This document shows positions 12,170 to 24,347 of a DNA stretch of 64,000 nucleotides, in pieces. Where the stretch lies: NCBI RefSeq assembly GCF_006345805.1, contig NC_043006.1, positions 86,986,001-87,050,000 on the forward strand, read 5' to 3'. Source of the DNA: Octopus sinensis. Its lineage: Eukaryota. A program made the position numbers and the translations under genes. The notes under the pieces are model-generated. The model worked only from the letters and a program-made list of their open reading frames with translations, ran no database searches and had not been told where the DNA came from. How positions within the stretch are numbered: position 1 is the first letter of the stretch; each line of letters starts with the position of its first letter.

Positions 12170-12560
12170 CTCTTGAAGTGTAGATTTCTGATCCACTTAT
12201 TCTCGTTGTCATTGCCTTAGGTTACTCTTATTAATTGTTACACATTAAATTGTCATGTCCAACTCACAATCGATCCAATTTTTTTCTAGGTTTTCTTTTT
12301 AGCCATTTTTCAAAGCTATTCCAGTGACCAAATATTTTTGTAGACCATCAATTTTCATGATATACCCAAGGTATCTGAGTTACTGGTTGTCTACTTTAGC
12401 AAAGCTCTATTTAATTCTAATTTTATCGAACACAAACTGGTTTATCCTTTTGCTGTTAAGCTAATTCATAGCATTCTTCTGTAACACCAGACTATGTCAA
12501 ACTATGCCTTTTACAGATCTTTTTTTCTTCAGTTTTATCGAATGCCTTGTCTGTTATCCA
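12170..12560 (-). pseudogene. RTE-clade LINE C-terminal remnant
   Basis: Minus translation includes Q*LRYLGYIM..., resembling the RTE 'QLRYLGHI.R...GRPR..W' C-terminus. Confidence 0.45.
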
Positions 12561-12829
12561 CTTCAATGGGTTTTCTGTTTCATCAAAAATAATTTTTTCT
12601 GCTACTCCTGAAACCACATTTTTAAGTTTATTCCACAATTTTTATGGCTGGTTTTCTTCATTTCAAATAAGATTTTTTTTTTTTATTTCAGCATTATATT
12701 TACCTGGAATGTGTGCTAGATTGTATCTTCGTGTTTTCCTCTTTTTTTTTTGCTATTAAGATGAAAATTAACTTTTGCAACAATAAGCTGATGATCACAG
12801 TTGCAGTTCATAATCACTGGATATATTCT

Positions 12830-13063
12830 TATTTCTTTACTACCCACAAGGGGCTAAACACAGAGAGGACAATCAAGGACAGACAAATGGATTAAGTCGA
12901 TTATATCGACCCCAGTGTGTAACTGGTACTTAATTTATCGACCCCAAAAGGATGAAAGTCAAAGTCGACCTCGGCAGAATTTGAACTCAGAACGTAACGG
13001 CAGACAAAATACCGCTAAGTATTTCATCCGGTGTACTTAACGAGTCTGCCAGCTTGCCTCCTT
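12830..13063 (-). mobile_element. tRNA-derived SINE, family A, with 16-bp TSD
   Basis: Reverse complement of the 45940-46170 copy; TSD TCACTGGATATATTCT at 12814-12829 and 13064-13079. Confidence 0.9.
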
Positions 13064-14699
13064 TCACTGGATATATTCTACCATTTTAAACATTTCTTTT
13101 TTGTTACTTGGTTATGAAATAGCCTACTTGGTTATAAGTCTTACAATCAGAAGAAATCCAAGTGTAAAGTCTTCTGTAATGTTGGTTAAACTATACAAAT
13201 TATATCTCATTCCTAAAATTCAACTAAACAATTTCATTGATCATTTCTAATGCCTAAACTTAAAATGCCTAAAGCTATTTATTAGTTTTCCAAAGTTAGT
13301 AATTTACATGTAGAATCAGATGCTGACATCTTTCTGAAGTAATCTGGCCAATATCTCCAATTATGATATCCATTTATCCTTCTGTTCGTGTCAGCATCAC
13401 TAATCTGTCATTCCTAGTTTCTATTCCATTTGCCTTGGAATAGAAACTGAAATGAAAATGTTGCCCTCCTGTTTTGCTACAATACACAAGTCTTACAAAG
13501 ATAGAATTTCTCACAATTTTATACACTGATTGAGATCAAATCAATATCTGGTCCCAGTACTTACAAGGGAAAGTTGCTTCTGTTGTATTTTACTGAAGAG
13601 AAGGTTTTGGAACATTTCATTGTTGACCTGTTTATTTGGGGTGGTAAATAACGTGGCCTGTTCTTGATCATTTTCAACTTTTTATATTTTTATGTTCTGT
13701 AACAGAGTCTTATGAAAGCATTGTCTTATGAAAGTATAGATCCTGTTGCTCACTACAGTGGTAGCAATGTTAATGTAAACACACCGTCCTCACCCTAGAT
13801 ACAAACCTGTGACAAATATCAACAGGAATTTCAGAACAATGTAAGAGGAGTAGATATTCCTAACAATGGACAGTCACTGCAAACAGTGAGAAATAAAGAA
13901 ACTTATTACAAAATGATTACCTTGAAAGGCAAAAACAGGGGGAAAAAATAAAAGAAAGCAAATGTTTCTTTTAATATTCTCATCTGCTAAAATACCTGAA
14001 TCAGAAAATCTATTCAACTGTTCACCTGAAACATTGAATATCTAAATTGGTGCAAAATAGATGTTACAATAAAAGATTGTCTTTTAATCTTTCTGCTAGC
14101 AAAGAGAAAGCATGCGAGAATAAGGTTTATCCTTTTCTCCAGATAGTACTTAAGGGCTTAATTCGACTTGCACTCTTTGAACAAATACACACAGAATAGA
14201 AGGTACAATGATTTATATATTTATATGTTTATAGACTGTCAATCTATAAACATGTAATTATATCAGCATTTGTACCTTGGGGAAGGCAACAGAAACACAT
14301 TGAGAACCAGATTGGTGGAAAACATATCAATGTAAGAAACAAAATATGAAAGAGATAGAAAAGAACTATGTATGATTTTCAATGTAAGGATACTGGAAGG
14401 CAAATTTATAGCACCTTGTATCATACATTCTGACAGCCTATGAGTTTGAATACATTTTGTGTCAGTTTATAGAATCTGGAAAAGCCAAAGTGATTAAATT
14501 ACTGATATTAGTGACTAGACAGGAAAAAATGATACTACAGTTCAGAATCAGTAGGATGGTTCTCTGTATAGATTTGTTTAATTTTCCTTCAATATGCAAT
14601 AGTGTTAGTGAAAATTGTAAAATAACAGAAATTAGATGAAAATCAAGTTTCGAAAATGAAATTAAAATGCAATGAAATATTACATTTTTGAGGGGAGAG

Positions 14700-14860
14700 G
14701 TAGATGAATTACATCAATCCCAGTACTTATTGACTAGTACTTATTTTATTGAACCTAAAATGATGAAAAGCAAAGTAGAATTTGAACTCAGAACATTAAG
14801 TCAGAAGAAATACTGCTAAGCATTTTTCTCACAAGCTAACAATTCTGCCAGCTCGTTAAC
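14700..14860 (-). mobile_element. SINE family A, diverged copy
   Basis: AATTTGAACTCAGAAC and GATGAAAAGCAAAGT motifs shared with 12830-13063. Confidence 0.7.
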
Positions 14861-15594
14861 ATAATGTTGTTGATGATTGTTGCTAACATAGGCATGAAAC
14901 TTGAAATTTAGGGTAGGATTTAATCAATAACATCAAATCCCATACTCTGGAAGAGAGGAGAGGGATAGGGGTCTATTGACCTTCAAGAAGCAATATAAGA
15001 AGTCAGTCATTTATGGTGTCTCAAAATGTTACTTTGAAAATATGTTTTGGTAAAATTGTTCCTTTCTCTCTCCTTACCTTTTGGTTCTAGCACTTTCTGC
15101 AGCCACCCTTTGTTTCATTTCTTCAGTTCCCACCTTAACATCTTTCTCTGATCTTCTACACAGTTTGGTAAACTAATTAATCTATCACCATATTCAAATA
15201 GTAAACCTCACCATCTCCTATTCCATTCATTCCCCAATTATTAGGTTATTGTTGTTCTGCTATGTTTGTTGTCATTTTCTCAATTCTTATGAATCTCATG
15301 TTTCTATCTTCATTAACAATATCTCCAGTATCTTCTATTTCAGTCTCTTTAGTTAATTCCTTTTTACTGTTTGTACATAATGAGAAGTGTAGTGGTGATG
15401 GTGGTGGTGGTGGTGGTGGTGGCAGTGATGCTGTTGCCTGGCCTGAGTGCGAAATTTAGTGATGATGATTTAATTTTAACTTTGGTCATCTATGACAAAG
15501 AAGACCTGTGATTAAGAATATTCTAGTAGTATCTAGCTGGTCTGTTTTTTTAGACAAGCTCCCCATGCTCTCTCTCTCTCCGTTTCTATATCTT

Positions 15595-15631
<37 letters not shown>

Positions 15632-15633
15632 CA

Positions 15634-15935
15634 CCGTGGTCACCGTGACCGACTAGGCTATCAGATGTTGCTACACATCGCTGGTCACAATGTGCTTTGC
15701 ATTGTTTTAGCCTTCAAATGAAGTCACCCCGACGGCTAAGCGAGCAGGCCAACAGAAGAAAGAGTGAGAGAAAGTTGTGGTGAAAGAGTACAGCAGGGAT
15801 TGCCACAACCCCCAGCCGGAGCTACGTGGAGCTTTAGGTGTTTTCGCTCAATAAACACTCACAACGTCTGGTATGGGAATCCAAACCACGATCCTACGAC
15901 CGTGAGTCCACTGCCCTAACCACTAGGCCATTGCG
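15634..15935 (-). mobile_element. tRNA-derived SINE, family B
   Basis: Minus-strand head CGCAATGGCCTAGTGGTTAGGGCAGTGGACTC with A/B boxes; related to the 59111 head. Confidence 0.75.
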
Positions 15936-15940
15936 ATCCG

Positions 15941-15992
<52 letters not shown>

Positions 15993-15999
15993 GGAGAGA

Positions 16000-16385
16000 T
16001 ATATTTTGCCTTTTAGTTGTTTCAGCCATTATACCATGGCCATGCTGGGGCATCACCTTGAAGAATTTTTAATCAAATGTCTTAACCCCAGTACTTTTTT
16101 TAAGCGTGATGCTGATCCTATCAGTCACTCTTGCCAAACTAAGTTATAGGGATGTAAACACACTAACACTGGTTGTCAAGCAGTGGTGGGGGACAAACAC
16201 ATGCACACACATACATACATACATACATACATAACAAGCTTCTTTCAGTTTCTGTCTACATCTACTCACAAAGCTTTAATCAGCCCAAAGCTATAGTAGA
16301 AAGAACTTGCCCATGCAGTGGGATTCAACCCAAAACCATGTGGTTGGAATGCGACCTTCTTAGCACATAGTCAAGCCTGTGTCTA
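16000..16385 (-). mobile_element. Composite CORE-like SINE with internal (TATG)n
   Basis: Reverse complement of the 20825-21240 architecture. Confidence 0.65.
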
Positions 16386-16522
16386 CATATGCATGTGTAT
16401 GTATGTATATATATATATATATATATAAGTTCAGCAAAATTTAGATTCAGATGAATATGGTATTTAAGTTAAAGGCACCAGAATTTGGCATGGTATTATC
16501 CATATAAATCAAATGGGGTAAT

Positions 16523-16847
16523 TATAATCAAAATAAGCAACAAGGATATCAAAGGTAGTGTAGTACTATCATTTCATGATACTTCATTTTATTAAACAAT
16601 GTAAGTATTACATCAGTTTTAAAATGTAAAACAATCTTCAGCCACATATAGAATTTTTTTTAATTAATTGAAAGAAATAAGTATAAAAATGTATATTGTC
16701 CATTTGATTAAAAAAATTCCACATGTGGTTGAAGATTGCTTTACATTTTAAAACTGATGTAATACTTACATTGTTTAATAAAATGAAGTAGCATGAAACG
16801 ATTGTACTACACTACCTTGGATATCCTTGTTGCTTATTTTGATTATA
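16523..16847. mobile_element. Foldback MITE with about 125-bp inverted arms
   Basis: 16523-16647 is the reverse complement of 16723-16847 with few mismatches; TA termini. Confidence 0.85.
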
Positions 16848-18399
16848 TATATATATATATATATATATTGGACTACATAAATATAACCTTCCATTTCTGA
16901 GACAGTTAGTTGTGATTTGAGAATGTTTTGAGTGGCATTTCAAGCATACTAAGCAACTGCACTATAGGTCATCCATTGGCTCATGGAAAGAATTGTGATT
17001 TTTCAATAGTGCTTTATGAAAGACCATCTGGAGACACAAGAAGCATACCTTGTTTTCATAGAAACCTCAGCTCCAAACTCTTTATAACTACCTACACAAC
17101 CACCTTTAAACAATAGAAACTCTACATGATCACTTAACCTACAAGAAATAATAACTAAATATTTCTTAAATCACATCCTATCATATTAAAAAAATGGGAC
17201 ATATGAAATATTGCAATCTAGAGTACACTGTGATTAGGAAAAAAGAAGACAAGATGATCATGGCTTGTATGTATTTGACAATGAATCTGCTACATCAAGG
17301 TTTTGCTGGGTTAAAATACAATACACTATCCACACATACAACATTTTCTGAAGAAAATGAGGATAAGAGTTACTGAGAGTTATAGTTGTGACAATGGTGT
17401 TGGTGATGAGAGTGGTAGTGAGAGCTGTGAGGGTGACCGCACTACCAATATCTTGACAACAATAATCCGAAAAGGTTGTTTATTTGGTCAGTTGAACAAA
17501 TGCTTCAAGCAGATATATGCTAACCTGCACTCTGTCAGTTAGTGCAACGGTTTCATCAGAGTGGAAATCGATAAATTCAAGGCTAAACTATGAATTATAA
17601 AGCTGCTATGAGTCTTCAGGATTCCATAAATAACACCTTCAGGAACACATCCACAAAAATTCAGATGAAAATTATACACATACACATACATACATTCACG
17701 ACCATATATGTATATACACACCTATTCATACATATGTATATATATATATATATACACATATAAACATTCATGTATACTTACATATATGTGTGCATGTGGG
17801 CTGATGCTCAGAAGATTTCACTAAGAAACAAAACAGAATGCACCTATGCAATTTCAAGCTAGTTTATTTCATTGAGATGCACAGATTTAATTAATTACAG
17901 CATTCATTCATTTCTAAAGAATTTTCTATTTTATTCCAACGAACTTGCAATAAACCTGATAAAATCAAAAAGTATTATAAATAAATAGATAAACAAAATG
18001 AAACAGAAATAAGAATAAAGATGACAGAAAATGTCATAAACATTCATCTGAATTTTTTTTAATGAATCATAAACATCATCATGACTTCATCATCATCATC
18101 ACCATTATTATCTCCACCACCATTCTCATTACCACCACCATTATGATTTTTTATCATCATCACCACTATCACCTTTTTTCATCATCATTATCATATGTTT
18201 ACAATCTTATATTTCTGTACAACCAAAGATTTTTATTCATAAAAATCAGTTGTTGGGTCCACAGTTACTCTTCATGCCATATATATGAGGATCATCTCCC
18301 AGAATAATGTAAAAGTGGGAAACACTTTTAACTGACAAATGTCATTTAAATTGTACACGTTAGCAGAATAACTCTTTCGCCATAGTAATTCTTCTTCCT

Positions 18400-18750
18400 G
18401 TTCTTCATTGCAGAGAAATGATAAGTCTGAAGCAAAAGCAATGTGCCATCACCGTGCTCTTGATGAAGTAGTGGAGCAGATTGTTCACCATCTACAGAAG
18501 GCTGCTGGTTATTTATGGAGATGACATCACTGACAAGAGTAATGTGCACAGATGAGTGAAGCAGTTTAAAGAAGTGGGGGTCCAACATTGAAGACAAACT
18601 ATACAATAGGAGACGATCAACTGTGATCACAAATTTGTAAGTCCATCAAGTGGACTAAGTGGTTTGCAAGGATAGATATGTCACAATCTGTGATCTTCCA
18701 GCACAACTGGAGAATGATCACAAGGCATTATAGAAGATGTTGAATAATTC
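18400..18750 (+). pseudogene. Mariner transposase N-terminal HTH remnant
   Basis: IYRRLLVIYGDDITDKSNVHR*VKQFKE...IEDK matches the mariner DNA-binding region. Confidence 0.65.
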
Positions 18751-18887
18751 CTTTATATAGAGGAACAGTTATTCTAACATGTAAAATTTGAATGATTAAA
18801 TGTCAATAATAAAAGTTATACCCATTTTTGTATTACTTTTGGAATTAAACATGAATTATCTCCTCACTTCATTGGATCTCAGATTTT

Positions 18888-19395
18888 ACAGGAGTGGGAT
18901 GAAAAGTTCATAAGCTGACAATAAAGGAGTGATGCTAGAGCTGTGAAATCTTGCATATATTAATTTCAACTCTTTTTATTAAAAGCTGCATTGTTTCTTT
19001 CCAGGTAAACTAATATCTTACTGTTTAAAGAAAACTTCAAATGTAACTAGTAGTGACTTCTTCTGAAAATGGACAAAATTTTGTATCATAGTGTTATAAA
19101 GTACCTGCAGAAAATGGGCTTAGTCCACAAAGACATTCATGCTCACATGGTTGCCACAATAGAGGATGATGCTCCAGCTTTATCAGCAGTGAAAAGGTGG
19201 GTAACTGAAATTAAGTGAAGAAGGGAGATCCCCGAAGATGACCCAACATCTGGACATCCTGTAACTGCACCACCAAGGAAAACATTGATCATGTTCATCA
19301 TATGGTGATGAATGACAAGTGATTGGCTACAAATCAAATAGCCGATGCTGTTAACATATCCTGTGAGGAAGTTGAAAATATTCCTCACATTGCCT
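18888..19395 (+). pseudogene. Mariner left end plus transposase N-terminal remnant
   Basis: TIR-like CAGGAGTGGGATGAAAAGTTC; ATG at 19069 gives MDKILYHSVIKYLQKMG...AVKRWVTEIK*...EDDPTSGHPVTA. Confidence 0.75.
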
Positions 19396-20629
19396 GATTG
19401 TAAGAAGATGGTGAGCACTTGATGGGATTCAGACTATTAGGAAAGAAATGTGTTCCAATTAAAGTATTAGTACCAACAGAAATTTATGAAAATTATGAAA
19501 TTATCCAGTTATGACCCAGATAGAACCTCAACATCAATGAACAAATTAGGAGAAAACATTGAGCATAAACATTTAGTACTATGAATCAGTGGGGATATGC
19601 AATATCCCTGATACATCAGAATTATCATGGAACAAAGTAGCATTTTAAAAGCTACAAATAACTAGGATGAACATAGTCCTCAATTTGGGATTGAAACATC
19701 GAACAATTACTCAAGACTGCATGGTACCAGTATTCAATGAAATAGTAAATAAACTAGAATCAATATTTAAATGGTTAATAGAGAATAAAATGATATTGAT
19801 TCTTGAAATCAAAAATGCCAGAGGCCCACAAAACTAAAAGGCTAATAACTTTTGTGTTGCCAACATACAAAATTCTTACATCTACAGCAAGTAGCTGCTA
19901 ACATGGAAAACAATAATACCTAACCAGTAATGGTGCCAGAAAGGGACATATGACTGCAAATAGCAGCTACAGGTAAATTGAGCTATTATTCAAGATAGCA
20001 AAAATAGGAAGGAAAAAAAAAACATTCTTAGCATAGCATAGATTGATAACCAAAATCCATTTGATAACATACGATACTTTTAGATATTGGAGACATTCCA
20101 GATAAATAAAGTAGGTCCAATAATAACTCATCAACCATGCTATGTCAAAATAGAAAATAACTATATCACTGCAGGACAGAAAGAAGATTATTAAGACCAT
20201 TCATTGGAAGAATCTTTCAGGAGCCTCCTTATCTTCCCTTCTGCTGGTTTACTTTTGACTCCATTAACAAGTTTGCTGACAAATTATGCAATCTTCTAAA
20301 TACAAATGACTGAAAATTTTTATAAGGAACAATGCCTAGCTGGAGTGTGTACGAAAATTATTGTTAATAAATAATAACAATAATAACAACAATTTTCATA
20401 CAAACCAACAACTACAAGAGAATACCATAGAAAATATAAACTTTAATGGTAACCTAAAGAATAATAAAACAAAACAGAATTAAATGTACTCCACTTACAA
20501 ACAAAGCAACAAAAGAATGGATAAAACTTTATATTGAATATTCCTATGATTTATATTTGAACAGCAGCATGACAACAATATATAATATATGATACATATG
20601 TAAGTTTATAATATCAATAGTTGACAGTC

Positions 20630-20705
20630 TACTCTGAGTTTCATCTTGAGCTGGGGCTATTCATGGCTGACCTGAATAACTCAGCCCAGTGTGAAACTCA
20701 GAGTA
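20630..20705. other. 76-nt near-perfect hairpin (mini-MITE or pre-miRNA-like)
   Basis: 14-bp perfect terminal stem TACTCTGAGTTTCA/TGAAACTCAGAGTA plus about 16 further paired positions and a small loop. Confidence 0.75.
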
Positions 20706-20824
20706 ACTTTTCATATAATAACATATTTATCCACTTTACTTAATGTAACGGGTTCTGCATCAGTTCTATATGACAATGTAAAATATATTAAATTATATAT
20801 ATATATATATATACATGTATATGT

Positions 20825-21240
20825 AGGTACAAGTGTGGTTGGGTGTTAAGATGCTTGCTTCCTAAGCACAGGGTTCTTGGTTCAGTCTCACTGCATGGCA
20901 CTTTGAGCAAGTGTCTTCTACTCTAGCCTCAGGCTGAGAAAAGCTTTGTGAGTGGTTTTGGTAAACAAACTGAAAGAAGCCTGTCATATATATTATATTT
21001 ATATGTGTGCATGTGTGTGTGTGTGTGTGTATCTTTCTGTCTGTGTTTGTTCTCAGCCACTGCTTGACAACTGGGGTTGGTGTGTTTATGCCCTTGTAAC
21101 TTATTGGTTCAACAAAGGAGACCAAAAGAAAAGTACCAAGCTTTACAAAAATATGTACTGGAATCGATTCACTCAACTAAAATTCTTCAAGTCAATGTCC
21201 CAGCATGGCTGCAGTCGAATGACTGAAGCAAGTAAAACAT
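20825..21240 (+). mobile_element. Composite CORE-like SINE with internal (TA)(TG) microsatellite
   Basis: Head ...GGCACTTTGAGCAAGTGTCTTCTACT...; second half ...CTTGACAACTGGGGTTGGTG...CATGGCTGCAGTCGAATGACTGAAGC. Confidence 0.75.
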
Positions 21241-21277
21241 GAAAGATATGTATATATGTCTGGACGTTAAACAATGA

Positions 21278-21288
21278 TAATAATAATA

Positions 21289-21319
<31 letters not shown>

Positions 21320-21345
21320 TATATATATATGTATATATATATATG

Positions 21346-21416
<71 letters not shown>

Positions 21417-21520
21417 ATATGTATGTATATATATAGATATGTATGTATATATATATATGTATATATATATGTATATATATATGTGTGTGTGTATATATTA
21501 TATGTATGTATATATATATT
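21278..21520. repeat. (TAA)n then (TA)n/(TATG)n microsatellite
   Basis: Directly visible. Confidence 0.95.
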
Positions 21521-21748
21521 TCTTTACTACCCACAAGGGGCTAAACATAGAGGGGACAAACAAGGACAGACAAAGGGATTAAGTCGATTACATCGACCCC
21601 AGTGCGAAACTCGTACTTAATTTATCGACCCCGAAAGGATGAAAGGCAAAGTCGACCTCGGCGGAATTTGAACTCAGAACGTAACGGCAGACGAAATACG
21701 GCTATGCATTTCGCCCAGTGTGCTAACGTGTCTGCCAGCTCGCTGCCT
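21521..21748 (-). mobile_element. SINE family A, near-consensus copy
   Basis: High identity to 12830-13063 and the reverse complement of 45940-46170; inserted in a (TA)n tract. Confidence 0.9.
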
Positions 21749-22059
21749 TTGTATGTATATATATATATGTATGTATGTGTATATATATATAAAAAATCGT
21801 ATTTTAATGCTTGTCTTTCATCATGCTGGCATGGGTTGAACAGTTTGAAGGAACCTAACAGATCAGAAGTTTATAATATATGCATCATGCTGTAATACCT
21901 GCTTTGGCATGGTTTCTGTAGCTCAACATTTATTCTTATGCCAATTGCTTTACAGAGTGTATGGGTACTTGGGTACTTTTTTTTTTTTGAGACTAACACT
22001 CTTGAAGGCACAGTGTAGTTCACAAGACTAAGAATCCCCTCACCTGAGTGAGGCTTCAG

Positions 22060-22390
22060 AAGAGAAGGAAGAAGCTTTATGCAAGATAACGAAACTTTAG
22101 AATAGAAAGGAAGTGGACAGAGGAAATGGAAATTTACAAGTGTGTAAGTCATAGAGTTGTTGAGTGTGAAAGAGAGAAAGATATAATGCGTGGGGAGTGA
22201 GAGTTGGAAATTTATGATGATATGAGAAACTTACCAGTAAATGGTTCAGTAAAGGGGGAGAGATAATTTCATAGCATAGCAGGGTAAGGATGATCAATGT
22301 AAAATGTGAATGGAAAGGGACAATGTAAGAAAGAAGGCAGTAAGTCACTTGAGGAGGTTCCAATTGTGTGAAAATAACTGGTATTACAGA
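22060..22390 (-). pseudogene. Possible Penelope-like RT C-terminal remnant
   Basis: Minus translation has a fragment (SQQLYDLHTC) loosely resembling the PLE 'SQ..R.RRICS' region. Confidence 0.25.
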
Positions 22391-22479
22391 AAAGTTGATA
22401 AAACATGTATTTATGCACAGATAGATAGACAGATAGATTAAATAGATATAAATGCAGGCATACCATATAGCCACAAACT

Positions 22480-22890
22480 TGGTTTCATAATTAAGAAGTA
22501 CACTTCTCAATCACATGGTTTCAGGTTCATTTCTATTTTGTGATACTTTGGGCAAATGTCTTCTTTTAGAGCCTGGGCCAGCCAAAGATTGTGGGGGATT
22601 TGGAAGATGGAATATGAAAGTGCAGCATGTGTATATGTGTGTGGATCTGTTTGTCTCTCTTGGCCTTAACATTACTTGATGGTCATAAAATGAATGTCAC
22701 TAGTGAACTTTTGGTATCATTCAATTCACACCTTCCTTACAAACAAGGGGAAATGTTACCGTAGTCAGCAAAAGGTGAAGATTGATATCAAGAAGGGCAT
22801 CCAGCCATAGAAAATCTGACTCAACAAATTTCATCTGAGACCCATACAAGCAAGTAAAAGTACATGTTAAAGTAATAGTGATGATAATGT
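22480..22890 (+). mobile_element. Composite CORE-like SINE with RTE-like tail
   Basis: Same architecture as 6385-6780 (AAGAAGGGCATCCAGCCATAGAAAATCTG tail). Confidence 0.65.
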
Positions 22891-23819
22891 GTGCATGTGC
22901 GTGAATACACAGAAGCAGAGACTAAGAGCTGTTAAAGTTACACATGATCAAATTTAATGTACAGAACATAGATCTGAAACAACAAACAATAAATATCTAA
23001 ATATTTTCTGGGTGATGTGGAAAGTAAGTTAACAAACATTATACAAAATACAGAGAATTGAAGTACAAAATCTAAGTAAGACACAATCATATAATGAAAT
23101 AAAAAGCAGTGAAATGTTAGAAAAGAAATGGCTTTAGATTAATTGTAGAATATTTTATCAATGTTGGTAGTTTTTAGTAGTATTAAGAGAAAGAAACAAG
23201 AAAAAATGCAAGACCATTTTAATCTAATGACAATGATTAATATGGAGCTTGTAAAAGACATAATTGAAAATATGCTTGCTGCCTGATGAGAATGGTAAAG
23301 AGGACTGGCACCAAATGTTTGTAGCTGTAGTTTTGGTTTGCAGATCAAGTAAAATATATATATCTTAATAAAACAAAAAATATTTTATAGACATTACAAG
23401 ATTAAAATGTGTGGCACATGTTGGACAGCAAAATATCTTACAGGTGCTTTATTTTAAAGTATTATTAATGAAAGAGATGGTAGAGTATTATTAGAAAAAA
23501 AGAGAGAGAGAGAGAGATTATAGAATTACTGGAAATATAGAAATATTGGAGTGACAGAGAGGTTCTTTAAAGAAATTGGTGACAAATAGGAAGATAGAAA
23601 TTAGAGACAGAGGGAGCTAGAGAGATTTGAAAGAGAGAGAGAGACTGGAAACAGAAGAGGAGAAAGATAAAAATTTATTGGAAAGGCAACAAGAATGTAT
23701 ATAGCATAAGAAGTAAACAATAGTTTGAGTTACTCTAACAGTATTGGATTGGTCTAAAATATATATATAGGGAAAACAAAGTTGTTTTGCTTCAGGTGGA
23801 CACTTCTCAAATGCACACG

Positions 23820-23980
23820 CATGTATGACATGCTTCATTCAGTTTCTGTCTACTGAACACACTCACAAGGCTTTGGTTGAGCCAATGCTATTCTAGAAGA
23901 CACTTGCCCTCGGTGACCATGCAGTGGGACTGAACCTCAAATCACATGGTTGGGAAGCAAACTTCATATCACACAGTCAT
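23820..23980 (-). mobile_element. CORE-like SINE head
   Basis: Reverse complement of the 20825-20990 head. Confidence 0.7.
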
Positions 23981-23992
23981 GTCCATATATAT

Positions 23993-24336
23993 GGATCTAA
24001 GACTTTTTGTCTAAAACATTAGAGTCTAAAGTGCTATGGTCTAAAGAACTTTGATCTAAAGTGACTTTTGTATAAATACACTATAGTCTAAAGACATTTT
24101 TGTCTAAATGCCCTTTAGTCTAAAGACATTTTTGTCTAAACTCATTTTGGTCTAATAACTTTCTAATAAATAAAAGTAAAAGTTCTAAATGACTAACTAT
24201 ACTGTAATAATCCTTTATGTCTTTAGATGAAAATACTTAGACGAAAGTCTCTTTAGATGAAAATGCTTTTAAGACCAAAGTGTCTTACACTAAAGTGGTT
24301 TAGACCAAAGCGTTTTATACCAAAGTGCTGTATCCC
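23993..24336. mobile_element. Non-autonomous DNA element with inverted arrays of about 15-bp subterminal repeats
   Basis: GTCTAAA-type cores about every 15-16 bp on the left and T(T)TAGA(C/T) cores on the right; GGATC...GTATCC termini. Confidence 0.65.
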
Positions 24337-24347
24337 ATATATACATA

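Noticed and set aside
13706-13950. Plus-strand frame of about 80 codons broken by one TAG (SLMKALSYESIDPVAHY…)
   Set aside because: No recognisable homology, no readthrough context, contains a 16-nt tandem duplication; compatible with chance.
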